DNA from: a virus
Lineage: Duplodnaviria; Caudoviricetes
Strand: one strand, 5' to 3'
Virus record (IMG/VR): IMGVR_UViG_3300033069_001465
DNA length: 64,000 bases
Under the pieces are notes generated by a model that did not search any database, was not told the DNA's origin, and worked only from the letters and a program-made list of their open reading frames with translations. Both the position numbers and the translations under genes were made by a program. This document shows, in pieces, positions 18,953 through 29,653 of this stretch. How positions within the stretch are numbered: the stretch's first letter is position 1; every line of letters starts with the position of its first letter.

Positions 18953-21900
18953 ATGCAGTCTCTCGCGTTTTTTGATAAGGAAGGAAATTATCTAAACTTT
19001 AGATATGACGATATTTCACAAACATATAATGGTGATTTGATGTTTCATGAGAATAGCTCAGATACTTTTAAAACAATCGGGTTATATGTATTTGAAAAGA
19101 TACCTTCTTTTGAATACGAATCCAACATATTATCATTAGAAAAATTTCAATTATTCAATGAGTATGGGTTCAATATCACTGGTAATAGTTATCAACTACA
19201 ACCAATTTCAAGAATAGAGGCTGTAAACAATGATCCAAACTTCCGTTCAAAATGGATATATGGTGTCAATTTTGAGTCTAAATATCCAATTGGATCTGAA
19301 GTAATTTTTAATTCTTCCATATTTGAATTTTCTAGTCCATTAAAATCATATACTGTAGTTTCATCAAAGAAAGGTGCAATTATGGTTATATCAGGATTAG
19401 ATAATCAATCATTTAATATTTTATATGAAACGAGTATTGGATTAACTTCATCTTATGAGAATAAAACAATAAGTGGATTAAACTCAATAGGAATAAGTAG
19501 TTACGTTAATTCTATATTAAATGATAATTTATCATTATGGTCCGAGCCTAAATTTTATTCGATGATATATAATGGTAGGAAGTTAAATATTGTTAATACT
19601 ACTAAAAATGATAGTGTTGTTACAGTAAAGAATAGTAATGTATTAGATAAGGTTCATTATCAATATTATGTAGATAGTCTTCACCTACCAAATAATTCAG
19701 ATTTAATAATAGAAGCAATTCTTAAAACAGATTTGCCTGAAATTTATAAAGGCCCTTTAACTGTTCAAACAGATAGAATAGAATTTGGTAATGATGTTCC
19801 AAGAATATTAAAATCTGGAACACAGTTAGTCATAGGAAATTCAACAAATAATACCAATTTTATAAATGTTTCTACTATACCAACTTTCTTAGGTAATACA
19901 CAACTAACATACTATGCAACTGCCTCACAAGTATTGTATGATAATTTAATATATCAATGTGTTCAAGCGTACACACAAAGTGGCACTTCAAGTATAAATC
20001 CTGGGAGTGCTAGTTATTGGACAAGTAATATAACTTACCTACCAGTCGATGAAACATTAACAGCAGAAACGTTACTATATGGAGAAATATACCTAACAAC
20101 TAATAAGCTATACTATGGTGTAAGTGCTTCTGGATTAAGTGCATCTAATAACAATGAGCTTGTCTTAGCTTTTGCTGGAGATAAATATAAAGAAGACTTT
20201 AGCTTCTTAAATATTGATTTATATTATTATAATAAAGCATTATATGCTAATTTAAATTACTCATCAGAATATGCAACTGTTAATTTCTATCATACAAAAG
20301 TCGGTGCAACATATAGTATTGGAACAACAATCAAAACTTATGAAAAAACAATTGAAGTTGAGGAAACTCTTAAAACAGAACTTAACAAAGATATATCTGA
20401 AAGATATTCTTATAATATCGTGTTTACTGACATTGATGAATATGGAATTGTAGTTAATATAAATGGAATGGTTTATCAACAAGAAGTTCAATGGGTCTAT
20501 GCTGGACTTAATGTTGATATGGAAAGAACAGTCGATAAAACATTAAGAGCTTGGCTATCGAAACATGCTGTAACATTGCATAGGTTAGGTATAGAATGTA
20601 ACTTAGATTATTTAGTAAATTTTCCTTACATATATTTTGATTCTATTGTTTTAAAAACAGTATATCCAAATGTTCCAATTATATTTGATGTTCTTGTAGG
20701 AACAACTGCAAATTTTTATATACAGCATTCTAATGTTGTTTTTTATGAAATTGGAAATGCGTTATCATTAACTATAAACAATAGGGAATATGGTGTAACA
20801 TTTAGTACAGATATACCGACTACTTTATCTAATTGGATAGATGCTTATTCTACTACATTGGATGATTATAGAATCTATACTTCTTTTATAAATAATACAC
20901 TATATTTTAATGTTAAAGAGCAAGATAAAACTTTAGACTATACAATTACTGTTGGAAAGTCTAGCCTGCCGGGCAATGGTTCAGTTAAAATAAATAATAA
21001 AATAAAGGGTAATTTAGGAGCATTAATAACATCCAATGCTGTAATATTACTATCAACAACACAGTCAGCAACACAATCATTTTATGATGTTAATGGGGCA
21101 TCCGCTGGAGATACAGGATTTGCCACTGGGATGATAACTGGAATTAATAATACAATCTATCCATTTGATAATCAAGAATATAACTTATTAGAAGTAGAAA
21201 CTGATAGATTAGTACTTAGTTATCAGGGACCTTTTTGGGGAGGAACACCATCTCTAATATCATCCCCGTTTACTAATGTTTCATTTAGTGGTGGGTTTTC
21301 TTATAGTATAATACAAATTTCTGGAACTGGAGGAAGTTCAAGTATAGAGCTGGGAGCTTATGATCAATCCGAATTTGATTATTCGTTCGATATTATTAGA
21401 GGTGATAGTAGTACCTATACAAGTACATTTATTGGTTCAACAACCAATATGATTGATTTGGTGTATGTTAATACATCTGAATATTTATACATCTTAGGTG
21501 ATGCTATAAAAATATATGATGGTCTTAGTGGTGATTATTATGATACAATAGTACTACCTGGTTTATCACAGAGCTTAAAATTAGTTTATAACAATGTAGA
21601 TGATTACTTGTATGCATTAACCACCACACGTCTATATAAAATAGAACCAAGTACAAACTTAATTATAAATACTCATACTTATTCTGTTCCGTATACGCCA
21701 TATGATGCAGTTGTAAATACTACAAATGGTGATATCTATATCTCATATTCTGGATATACTTATTTAGAAGTTCTGGATATTTATGGTGTTAAACATGGAC
21801 TTACTTCAAGTTTTGTTGGTGCTACATATGGTACATATAGATTGGCGTATAATCAATTTGAAGATGATGTTTATGTAACTACATCAGATGATACAGTATT

Positions 21901-24900
21901 GCGGATAAATGCAACAAGTAGGACTGAATATACAAGTTATTCAATTACAGGTTTACAACACACAATGATATATGAGCCAGTCGGCAGCTCTATTTATGTA
22001 ATGGGATCAACTTTAAATCAAATTAACAATAATACGGTTACTGCAATTGTTAGTATATCAAGTGGATTATTTTCTGACATTTTATATGATAACATTAATC
22101 AAGAAATTATAATATCAAGAGATTCCTATTTCGGATCTGTTGGTTTAGATAATTCACTTATTTATAATTTAGGTAGTTTAGAATATGGACAATTAATAAT
22201 GAATCAATATGATGAAAGGATTTATATGGCTAGTCAAACTAGTAGTGAGGTTATCATAATAGATCCACTGAGTGGAAATGTTAAGAATACGATTATACTA
22301 CCAGCTTCTGCATCAAAACTAACATATAATCCATTAAGAAGATCTATATGGGGTATATTGCCTTCTATTAATCAAATAGTTGAAATACTTGTTGAGTTAT
22401 CAATTTTTATAGTTGTTTATCCACCTTCTTACAATGGTATATATGATTCACAATATGGCACACTTTCAGAAGATTATTCTCCAAAAGGAGGAATATGGTT
22501 GAAAACTCGTGATTATATTAGAAGGCCAAGAGAAAACTATATAGGTGAAAACCAAGTTCAATATGTTTGGAGATGGTTAACTGACGATGTTCCTGAGATG
22601 TTTATGTATGATTTTTCTGGTAAACAATTACCTACTACAGGGGCGTATGCTTATATAGGCGAAAAACCGTTAGAAAATATTAATCTTAATAAATATTCCA
22701 ACAAAGATATAGGTAAAACAGCTTCTTCCGCTTATCAGCAAACAATTTTTAGTGAGATTGTAGAGGATATTGATTATATCAATTCAAGTACAAATATATC
22801 ATATACTCCAGAGCCATTAGAGTTATTCTTAGGATTTAACTCACAAGATGAAGGAACTGTATTTTCTACACTTCTTTTATACAAAAGAGAAAATGTGAAC
22901 TTTTCTATTGTAACAGATTCTTCAAATCTTAATAATATAACATTTTCTGTAGTGTTAACTAATTATGGAACATCTTATGGTACAATTACATTGGATTCTA
23001 ATTCAACCGAAAATTTTTTGTATGATTCTAATGACATTTCAAGAGGATTAAAAGTTGATCAGGAAATAATAATATTTGTAAAAGATAATACAAATACTAA
23101 GAATAAATACATTTCTTTTAATAATGGAATCAGAGTAAAAATTACCGAAATATACTTAAGAGAAATTATTGTTAAGTTTATAAGTGGAGTGTTTACAGAT
23201 GAATCAACTACTGTTTCTGATTATCCAACTACTGGAAAACTAACTTATATGACTACTACGTTTAAAGTAATGGATAGAGAGATAGGTAGATTCTATGTAA
23301 ATGGTGAAACTGAAATAGAAGATATTCGTTATAAAACCGAATTAACAAATGCTGGTAAAAATATAACAGCAGATGATGCATTTATATTTAAAACATATGA
23401 TATAAATGAACAAGGAGTAGATTGGGGATTATTAAATAGAAAGCGAAAAGAAATGTTAATGGTTAAGGATGACATATTTCCATATGTTGGTTCTTATAAA
23501 GCTATAATAAACGCAATTAATTATTTTGGATATAATGATTTAGAATTATATGAATATTATAGAAATATAAATCCATATTCTAAAGATTTAGGAAAATTAT
23601 ATAAAGTAGAAATTCCTGACATTTTTGATAATAGTGTTGCTGGCTGGAATGAGAGTGATTTTATTAAGCACACCATGCCAAATCCTAACTATGAGGATAC
23701 AAATTTATTTAATCTAACCTACAATATAACTGATAAAGATGGTAATAATGTATTATTATATTCATTACCAGAAGTATTAATTAAATTACAAGGCTTAAAA
23801 TATTGGTTACAAAGAAATGTTATCCCTTTATCACATAGGATATTAGATATTACTGGTAGAGCAGACTTTGTTGGACCTAATTCAATTGTTCATAAAAGTT
23901 ATGATGCCACTATATTTAATGTTAAACAATCATTATCACCAATTGATTTTAGTGTTAATGAAGCATATTTAATGCCAGTTAATTCTGGAAGCACAGTTTA
24001 TAATGTTGTAGTTGATTTTTATAATCAAGCAATTGATTCGATAACAAATTATTTTTCTGTTAATGAAGTCCCTGATTATTTTGACTTAAGAATAAGAACA
24101 TACAAAACATATCCAGAATGGCGTCCATTTAAAACATATCAAAATGGAGATATTGTTTCTTACTATCAACAAATATATGAATCTGTCATTGATGGAAATA
24201 GAATAAATGATCCAAGAAAATATCAAAATTCAGAATCATGGAATATAAACTTTGATTATATACAAGGTCAGATTGTTGAGTATAAGAGAAATTTCTACGA
24301 GTTTATTGGAACTCAATCGGTTTTATTATCTGGAACAAGTTCAGTTAAGAGTCCTTTTACAGATGTTCTAAATTCACTAGGAAATTGGACTGATATAACT
24401 GAGTGGAGAAAATTAGATTATACCCCGGTTCAAACTATAAATGAATATAGAACTGGCACGCATTCTTTTCTTTTTACAGTTGATACAAACATTGATCCTT
24501 TTATAACATTTGAAGTAACAAGTGATAACGGATATGGTCAAATTTATACATCTAAAAAGAATTATGAGTTAAGAAGTCTACTCGATATTGATGAAGGAGT
24601 GGGTGAATTGGATGAAATAGGGCCAATTAGGGTATATAATTTATTAACAAGTACAACAACAAGTACAACAACAGTCCCAAGTGTATTAATATATGATTGG
24701 CAACCAATTGATGAAATATGCCAGGATACTGGTATTACTACTACAACTACCACGACTACCACGACAACAACTACTACGACAAGTACGACAACAACTACCA
24801 CGACAGTTGTATGTTGTGGACTAACTGTAAGTAGTGCAACCTATAGTGTCGCAAGTAATGTTGGTGTTATAGTTAGTATTTCAGGATTGGCTGATTGTGG

Positions 24901-25420
24901 ATCTTGTAGTGGTATAACTCTTGGATATAGTGCTGATGATATCACATATAACTATGTCAGCATTGGATGTACATCTTCTTATGAGCTGGCTGTATCAAAT
25001 ACTCAAGATTGGTACTTCAAGGTACTTAAATCTTGTGGTGTTGTTAGCTCTCCTTGGTCTGATGTATATCACTATTTTGCTAGACCATTAGATTGTACTC
25101 TATCTGGAACCTATAGTATTAGTAATACATATACACTTATAAATACAAGTAATACTCCTTTAAATATAACACTAATACTATTTGACTTATCAGGCACACA
25201 CACGATTTTAAATAATGTTGCATTTACAACATCAACATCTGGATCTAGTATTTACTTACCAGCTACTGATGCTTATATGTTACAATTATCTATAACTGGT
25301 GGTTTAATCAGTGGAACTCCGATTTGTAACGGATCGAATGGCGTGGTATCTGGAACATTTGACTCCTGTACTTGGGGAAATGTTTATGGACCATTAGAAA
25401 TAAACTTTATAGCTAGCTAA
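18953..25420 (+). CDS. Large virion structural protein (baseplate/tail-associated)
   Basis: 2155 aa, Ser/Thr/Tyr-rich; beta-propeller-like repeats, CBM5/12-like W...Y..GDIVSY motifs, poly-Thr linker. Confidence 0.6.
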   Translation: MQSLAFFDKEGNYLNFRYDDISQTYNGDLMFHENSSDTFKTIGLYVFEKIPSFEYESNILSLEKFQLFNEYGFNITGNSYQLQPISRIEAVNNDPNFRSKWIYGVNFESKYPIGSEVIFNSSIFEFSSPLKSYTVVSSKKGAIMVISGLDNQSFNILYETSIGLTSSYENKTISGLNSIGISSYVNSILNDNLSLWSEPKFYSMIYNGRKLNIVNTTKNDSVVTVKNSNVLDKVHYQYYVDSLHLPNNSDLIIEAILKTDLPEIYKGPLTVQTDRIEFGNDVPRILKSGTQLVIGNSTNNTNFINVSTIPTFLGNTQLTYYATASQVLYDNLIYQCVQAYTQSGTSSINPGSASYWTSNITYLPVDETLTAETLLYGEIYLTTNKLYYGVSASGLSASNNNELVLAFAGDKYKEDFSFLNIDLYYYNKALYANLNYSSEYATVNFYHTKVGATYSIGTTIKTYEKTIEVEETLKTELNKDISERYSYNIVFTDIDEYGIVVNINGMVYQQEVQWVYAGLNVDMERTVDKTLRAWLSKHAVTLHRLGIECNLDYLVNFPYIYFDSIVLKTVYPNVPIIFDVLVGTTANFYIQHSNVVFYEIGNALSLTINNREYGVTFSTDIPTTLSNWIDAYSTTLDDYRIYTSFINNTLYFNVKEQDKTLDYTITVGKSSLPGNGSVKINNKIKGNLGALITSNAVILLSTTQSATQSFYDVNGASAGDTGFATGMITGINNTIYPFDNQEYNLLEVETDRLVLSYQGPFWGGTPSLISSPFTNVSFSGGFSYSIIQISGTGGSSSIELGAYDQSEFDYSFDIIRGDSSTYTSTFIGSTTNMIDLVYVNTSEYLYILGDAIKIYDGLSGDYYDTIVLPGLSQSLKLVYNNVDDYLYALTTTRLYKIEPSTNLIINTHTYSVPYTPYDAVVNTTNGDIYISYSGYTYLEVLDIYGVKHGLTSSFVGATYGTYRLAYNQFEDDVYVTTSDDTVLRINATSRTEYTSYSITGLQHTMIYEPVGSSIYVMGSTLNQINNNTVTAIVSISSGLFSDILYDNINQEIIISRDSYFGSVGLDNSLIYNLGSLEYGQLIMNQYDERIYMASQTSSEVIIIDPLSGNVKNTIILPASASKLTYNPLRRSIWGILPSINQIVEILVELSIFIVVYPPSYNGIYDSQYGTLSEDYSPKGGIWLKTRDYIRRPRENYIGENQVQYVWRWLTDDVPEMFMYDFSGKQLPTTGAYAYIGEKPLENINLNKYSNKDIGKTASSAYQQTIFSEIVEDIDYINSSTNISYTPEPLELFLGFNSQDEGTVFSTLLLYKRENVNFSIVTDSSNLNNITFSVVLTNYGTSYGTITLDSNSTENFLYDSNDISRGLKVDQEIIIFVKDNTNTKNKYISFNNGIRVKITEIYLREIIVKFISGVFTDESTTVSDYPTTGKLTYMTTTFKVMDREIGRFYVNGETEIEDIRYKTELTNAGKNITADDAFIFKTYDINEQGVDWGLLNRKRKEMLMVKDDIFPYVGSYKAIINAINYFGYNDLELYEYYRNINPYSKDLGKLYKVEIPDIFDNSVAGWNESDFIKHTMPNPNYEDTNLFNLTYNITDKDGNNVLLYSLPEVLIKLQGLKYWLQRNVIPLSHRILDITGRADFVGPNSIVHKSYDATIFNVKQSLSPIDFSVNEAYLMPVNSGSTVYNVVVDFYNQAIDSITNYFSVNEVPDYFDLRIRTYKTYPEWRPFKTYQNGDIVSYYQQIYESVIDGNRINDPRKYQNSESWNINFDYIQGQIVEYKRNFYEFIGTQSVLLSGTSSVKSPFTDVLNSLGNWTDITEWRKLDYTPVQTINEYRTGTHSFLFTVDTNIDPFITFEVTSDNGYGQIYTSKKNYELRSLLDIDEGVGELDEIGPIRVYNLLTSTTTSTTTVPSVLIYDWQPIDEICQDTGITTTTTTTTTTTTTTTSTTTTTTTVVCCGLTVSSATYSVASNVGVIVSISGLADCGSCSGITLGYSADDITYNYVSIGCTSSYELAVSNTQDWYFKVLKSCGVVSSPWSDVYHYFARPLDCTLSGTYSISNTYTLINTSNTPLNITLILFDLSGTHTILNNVAFTTSTSGSSIYLPATDAYMLQLSITGGLISGTPICNGSNGVVSGTFDSCTWGNVYGPLEINFIAS

Positions 25421-25436
25421 AAAAAATATATAAAAT

Positions 25437-26369
25437 ATGTCATTTACAGGATATAAAATTTACTTAAATAGGAGAAGATTAATATTAGATGAGAATGGTA
25501 CCATTTTTTATAATGGTCTAACTTGGTCATCTGATTTAACTGAACCAAATTCAGATATACTTGGTAACGCAATATTATCTGGACTTGGACCCTATTTTCC
25601 AAACGTATATGATATTACATCCTGTCCGTTAGGAGGTGCATCAACAACCACAACAACCACAACAACTACGCTGCCGCCTGGATTTATTTTAAGTTTTGAA
25701 ACCATGCTGCCTGGAAGTTTTCCATCTACACAATCTTTTAGTGCAGGTTATAACTTATCTCCAATATCATCTGTATATTCATCAAATGAAAATACAATTA
25801 TATTAAATTATGGTGAAACAGAAGTGAATTTTTCATTTGAATCATTTTGGAATTCGGGATTTAATATTCCATCCGATAACCTATCGGCAATACAATTTTT
25901 AGAATCAATATTTACTGCACCTGGATGCACAACCATATTAAATTATTATACACAAGATTCGACTCTATTATGGAATGTTACAATCACAGGTATAACTGAA
26001 AATAAAACTGTGACATTTAGAGAGACGTTACCAATAGAATTTGTGGTAAGTCAACCTGATTTACAAATAAACAGTTTTGGTATATATGACGGGGTTACCT
26101 ATTTTAGTGATTACACTGTTAATGCAAATAATTCAAACTCACCAGTGCAATACGGTATTTACTATAATAGATTTCTATATCAAATGTTTAGTACTGCTGA
26201 CATATTTGTAAATTGTACAAATACTTCAGGTGCATCAACTGATTGTTATAACAATTATTTTGATTTTAATGTATCTATACCAATTGGTACTAGTGAGTAT
26301 ATATTTGGTGGGTTTAATCCAAGTTATTCTACAACAATGCAAATATCAATGCCAGGTACACCTCCTTAA
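25437..26369 (+). CDS. Putative structural protein with poly-Thr linker
   Basis: 310 aa, STTTTTTTTT tract, beta-rich composition. Confidence 0.55.
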   Translation: MSFTGYKIYLNRRRLILDENGTIFYNGLTWSSDLTEPNSDILGNAILSGLGPYFPNVYDITSCPLGGASTTTTTTTTTLPPGFILSFETMLPGSFPSTQSFSAGYNLSPISSVYSSNENTIILNYGETEVNFSFESFWNSGFNIPSDNLSAIQFLESIFTAPGCTTILNYYTQDSTLLWNVTITGITENKTVTFRETLPIEFVVSQPDLQINSFGIYDGVTYFSDYTVNANNSNSPVQYGIYYNRFLYQMFSTADIFVNCTNTSGASTDCYNNYFDFNVSIPIGTSEYIFGGFNPSYSTTMQISMPGTPP

Positions 26370-26402
26370 CTATGAAAATTAATAAAAAATTTATAAACTA
26401 AA

Positions 26403-27017
26403 ATGCCACAAACAACAAGAAAGATATTTGTACAACTAACATCAGCTGGATCTGATACTGGACCTTTTGATGTAAGTGATTCATTTGCGAATATTATTGA
26501 TACAAATGTTCCAAAAGCGGATTTATTATCCCCTGGATATGGAAAAACATATAGTGTAAATTTAAGCGCAACTTATGTTAGATTACAATCTAATGGATTA
26601 TGTTCTGGATATACGGATATAAATTTAGATCCTGTTACGATAGTTTCCACAAGTGTAAATTTAAATTGGAATCTTGGAACAACTATTGGTGGTAGATTAG
26701 TTGTCATAAATAATACAACAAGTACGACTATGCTAACTAAAGATACCAATGGTACTTCTACATTAAGTGGGTCGATAGTATTGTCTTTTGGAAATTCATA
26801 TACAATATCCGGAAGATGGACTAGTGGAAGCGGAAATACTATTCGATATAGAGTCTGTGATATGGATAATTCAACGGAGTTATTTTATACCCCTGTGGAT
26901 ATATCGTCTACTAATACTATAGTGGATCACACATTCACACTTCCGTTAACATCATCATCAAATAATATAAGTGTTACACTAAGAAGTGGTGGATCAATAG
27001 TACCACCTTGTGTTTAA
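26403..27017 (+). CDS. Putative structural protein
   Basis: 204 aa Ser/Thr/Gly-rich, same unit as above. Confidence 0.55.
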   Translation: MPQTTRKIFVQLTSAGSDTGPFDVSDSFANIIDTNVPKADLLSPGYGKTYSVNLSATYVRLQSNGLCSGYTDINLDPVTIVSTSVNLNWNLGTTIGGRLVVINNTTSTTMLTKDTNGTSTLSGSIVLSFGNSYTISGRWTSGSGNTIRYRVCDMDNSTELFYTPVDISSTNTIVDHTFTLPLTSSSNNISVTLRSGGSIVPPCV

Positions 27018-27991
27018 ATTTGAGGTCCAACTAATTCAGTGGAAATTCTCAAACAACTATTTTCTTTAGATTCAAGTATTTCTTTAAAATAATTGTAAGA
27101 TGCAAAATTTTTATTAAATGTATCCTCAATAAAATAAGGAAGAGTGTTTATATAATCACCTTTATAAAATAATTCACCAGGTCCAACCACTCCAGCATTA
27201 TGATAAATAACATTATCATTCCATCTCTCAATTGGATCGGTAGCCCATGTGAAATTAAAATATGGATCTACTTTAGTCTCATGTTCGAAATACCATGCAT
27301 TCCACAATACTGCCCACATATCAGAGGTCCATTTTTGAATTGGATGATATGATGGATTTTTAGCCATTTTTATAGGTTCATCTTCTAAAAAATATCTATA
27401 TAGATCTTCAGAATCTTTTTCAACCTTTTCCCAAAAGTCTGAATCTACTCCTTTTAATAAATATTGAGCTCCACCAGAATTAGATTCCATCAACTTAGGT
27501 ATTTTTGAATCTATTCCAACAATTTCACACATCTTTAGATAAATATCTTCACCTTTACTTAGAACATATCTTGATCCAATATATCCTTCAGTATTGCTCA
27601 TATACCAGATTTTATTATTTAAAAATGGAGTAAAATCTGGTGTTTTACTAAACACAATATCACAATCGTGATAAAAAATATTTGATTTTTTTAATTCGGG
27701 AAAATATTTAAAATGTTGTTTTAGTATATTAGGCCTGACAGATGAAATATAACAGGGGTTAACTCTGGTGTCTTTATAGAAATAGAATCCAACAGTTGAA
27801 TATTTCTGCATTAGTTTAGAATATAAATCCACCACATCAGAATGATTTGTTCTATCATTCTGATCTGGGCTATAGGCAACTAATATTTGAATATCATTTG
27901 GATTTATGCTGTGCTTAAGGAAGTTATTTATCATAACTTCCAGTTGCCAGGCATAATAAACTAATCTAGGTTGTACACAAATATATTTCAT
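27014..27991 (-). CDS. GT-A fold glycosyltransferase-like protein
   Basis: FYHDCDIVF DxD motif; YYAWQ, GGAQYLL, WTSDMWA, IYHNAG. Confidence 0.55.
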   Translation of the reverse strand: MKYICVQPRLVYYAWQLEVMINNFLKHSINPNDIQILVAYSPDQNDRTNHSDVVDLYSKLMQKYSTVGFYFYKDTRVNPCYISSVRPNILKQHFKYFPELKKSNIFYHDCDIVFSKTPDFTPFLNNKIWYMSNTEGYIGSRYVLSKGEDIYLKMCEIVGIDSKIPKLMESNSGGAQYLLKGVDSDFWEKVEKDSEDLYRYFLEDEPIKMAKNPSYHPIQKWTSDMWAVLWNAWYFEHETKVDPYFNFTWATDPIERWNDNVIYHNAGVVGPGELFYKGDYINTLPYFIEDTFNKNFASYNYFKEILESKENSCLRISTELVGPQI

Positions 27992-27993
27992 AA

Positions 27994-28695
27994 TTAGATT
28001 GTTTCTTCTCTCTTCTTTTTGGGAGCTAGTTTTTTTGCTTTAACTGATTCTTCAGTTGTTGCGTGTTCTGTTGGAGCTTCTTCTCTTGGTTCAAAGTTTG
28101 CAACCCATTCTTGAATTTCCTTAGAAAGATTTTTAGCAGCTGTATCATAGTAACTGATAATTTTACTAATATCACCAATTTTTCTTAAAGTATACGCAAA
28201 TGTGTAAGTATCTTTTGTAAGACCTTTTATTTTATGCTTAGCAATTAAGTGATAGATATAAGTAATTTCCGTAGCATCAACCATAAATCCTTTAACATCA
28301 TCATCACCTTTATGCTTTTCTGATTGTACCCACTCACCTAACATATTAGTTAATTCAATTGCTAAGAAAACTGTATTAACATCATATTCTAATTTATCTT
28401 TTAATAAAGTAACTAAAAATCTATATTCGTCTCTATTTAAGTAGAAAGTGAATGAAGCGTCCCTTAAAGCTGCTGCATACTTATTCCATAAGCTTTTTGC
28501 ATCTGCATATAATAAATCTTTAACTGCATCAGTTTCTCCAAACCCGTGATTATTAGCTATAAATTTTTCAATCTCTGCAATACCAGAATCTAATTGTGTT
28601 TCTGTTTCAGGTGTAATAATTCTATACTCAACTTCTTCTACGAAGATAGAAAGTTTAGGTTTTATCACGTTTGTTTCTATTGTTTGTTTTTCCAT
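27994..28695 (-). CDS. Hypothetical protein
   Basis: 233-aa ORF. Confidence 0.75.
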   Translation of the reverse strand: MEKQTIETNVIKPKLSIFVEEVEYRIITPETETQLDSGIAEIEKFIANNHGFGETDAVKDLLYADAKSLWNKYAAALRDASFTFYLNRDEYRFLVTLLKDKLEYDVNTVFLAIELTNMLGEWVQSEKHKGDDDVKGFMVDATEITYIYHLIAKHKIKGLTKDTYTFAYTLRKIGDISKIISYYDTAAKNLSKEIQEWVANFEPREEAPTEHATTEESVKAKKLAPKKKREETI

Positions 28696-28714
28696 TTTAT
28701 TTTTATTTTTATTT

Positions 28715-29149
28715 TTATACTATAAATTCATCATCAGCACCATCTTTCTTTTGCTGATCATATAATTCTTCTACTTGATTAGCCTTTGATACCTTTTCGA
28801 TACCATATTTAGTTATTAATCCGGAGAAAGTTGTTAAATCTGGCTTAATTAATTTGATTTTTCCATTATCAATGTTGATAGAAATTTTATCAATTTCCTG
28901 CTCAATCAATATCTGAACTGATTCTTCGTCAAATACTGTCATTAAATCTTCATTAATACTAATAGTTAACTCTTTTCCTAAGGCATTATCTGCTGCATAG
29001 ATATCAGGAATCTTAGATACTTTTATTAGGTTTTTTTGTTTAGAATCTCCAGTAAAGTGAAATTTAACATCTACAGGAAAAGCTTTTTTCTTAAAGATGT
29101 CATTAAATGTTTTAATTGCATCTTCAGATAAATCGTAATATTTACTCAT
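28715..29149 (-). CDS. Hypothetical protein (possibly a degenerate phage metallopeptidase-like fold)
   Basis: 144 aa; ILIEQEIDKI in place of HExxH, then KPDL. Confidence 0.5.
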   Translation of the reverse strand: MSKYYDLSEDAIKTFNDIFKKKAFPVDVKFHFTGDSKQKNLIKVSKIPDIYAADNALGKELTISINEDLMTVFDEESVQILIEQEIDKISINIDNGKIKLIKPDLTTFSGLITKYGIEKVSKANQVEELYDQQKKDGADDEFIV

Positions 29150-29188
29150 GTGATTTTTTATTTTTATAAATTAAAATATCTTAAAAGT

Positions 29189-29623
29189 TTATAACAGTTT
29201 CAAAATTAAAAAGGTTAATATAGATAAAATAAAGATTGTTGGTATAAATCTTAGGAAGATGTTTCTGGATAATTTAGCAGTATCAAATAAAGAAAATCCT
29301 ATTATTACTAAGTAGCTATACTTGTCTATTTTTTGAATATCATACAATCTGTATAATTCTCCTAGTTCTTTAGAATCTAATAATCCAGAAATTTGCTTTA
29401 TATATGCTGTTATATAAGGCTCGGAAATTTTATTGATATCAGCGGTTCTTAAATTATAAGGCTCCTCAAACATTTCGGCTGGTATGTTTATTACAGTGTA
29501 TATTCTATTTGCTCTATCTATTCTAAGACCGTAAGTAGATTCAAACTCATTTTTATTTTTTAGAACAATTTTTCTATAAGTTCTATAGATAGATAGCTTT
29601 TTCCAAAAAGAAAGTTTTTTCAT
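29189..29623 (-). CDS. Membrane-anchored hypothetical protein
   Basis: C-terminal hydrophobic segment FIPTIFILSILTFLIL. Confidence 0.7.
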   Translation of the reverse strand: MKKLSFWKKLSIYRTYRKIVLKNKNEFESTYGLRIDRANRIYTVINIPAEMFEEPYNLRTADINKISEPYITAYIKQISGLLDSKELGELYRLYDIQKIDKYSYLVIIGFSLFDTAKLSRNIFLRFIPTIFILSILTFLILKLL

Positions 29624-29653
29624 ATCATTTATATAAAAGAGTATAATATTTGT

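Noticed and set aside
24562-24801. Poly-Val minus-strand ORF and other short antisense ORFs (e.g. 774, 2726, 7586, 7873, 12150, 18248, 36071)
   Set aside because: Reverse-complement shadows of well-supported genes.
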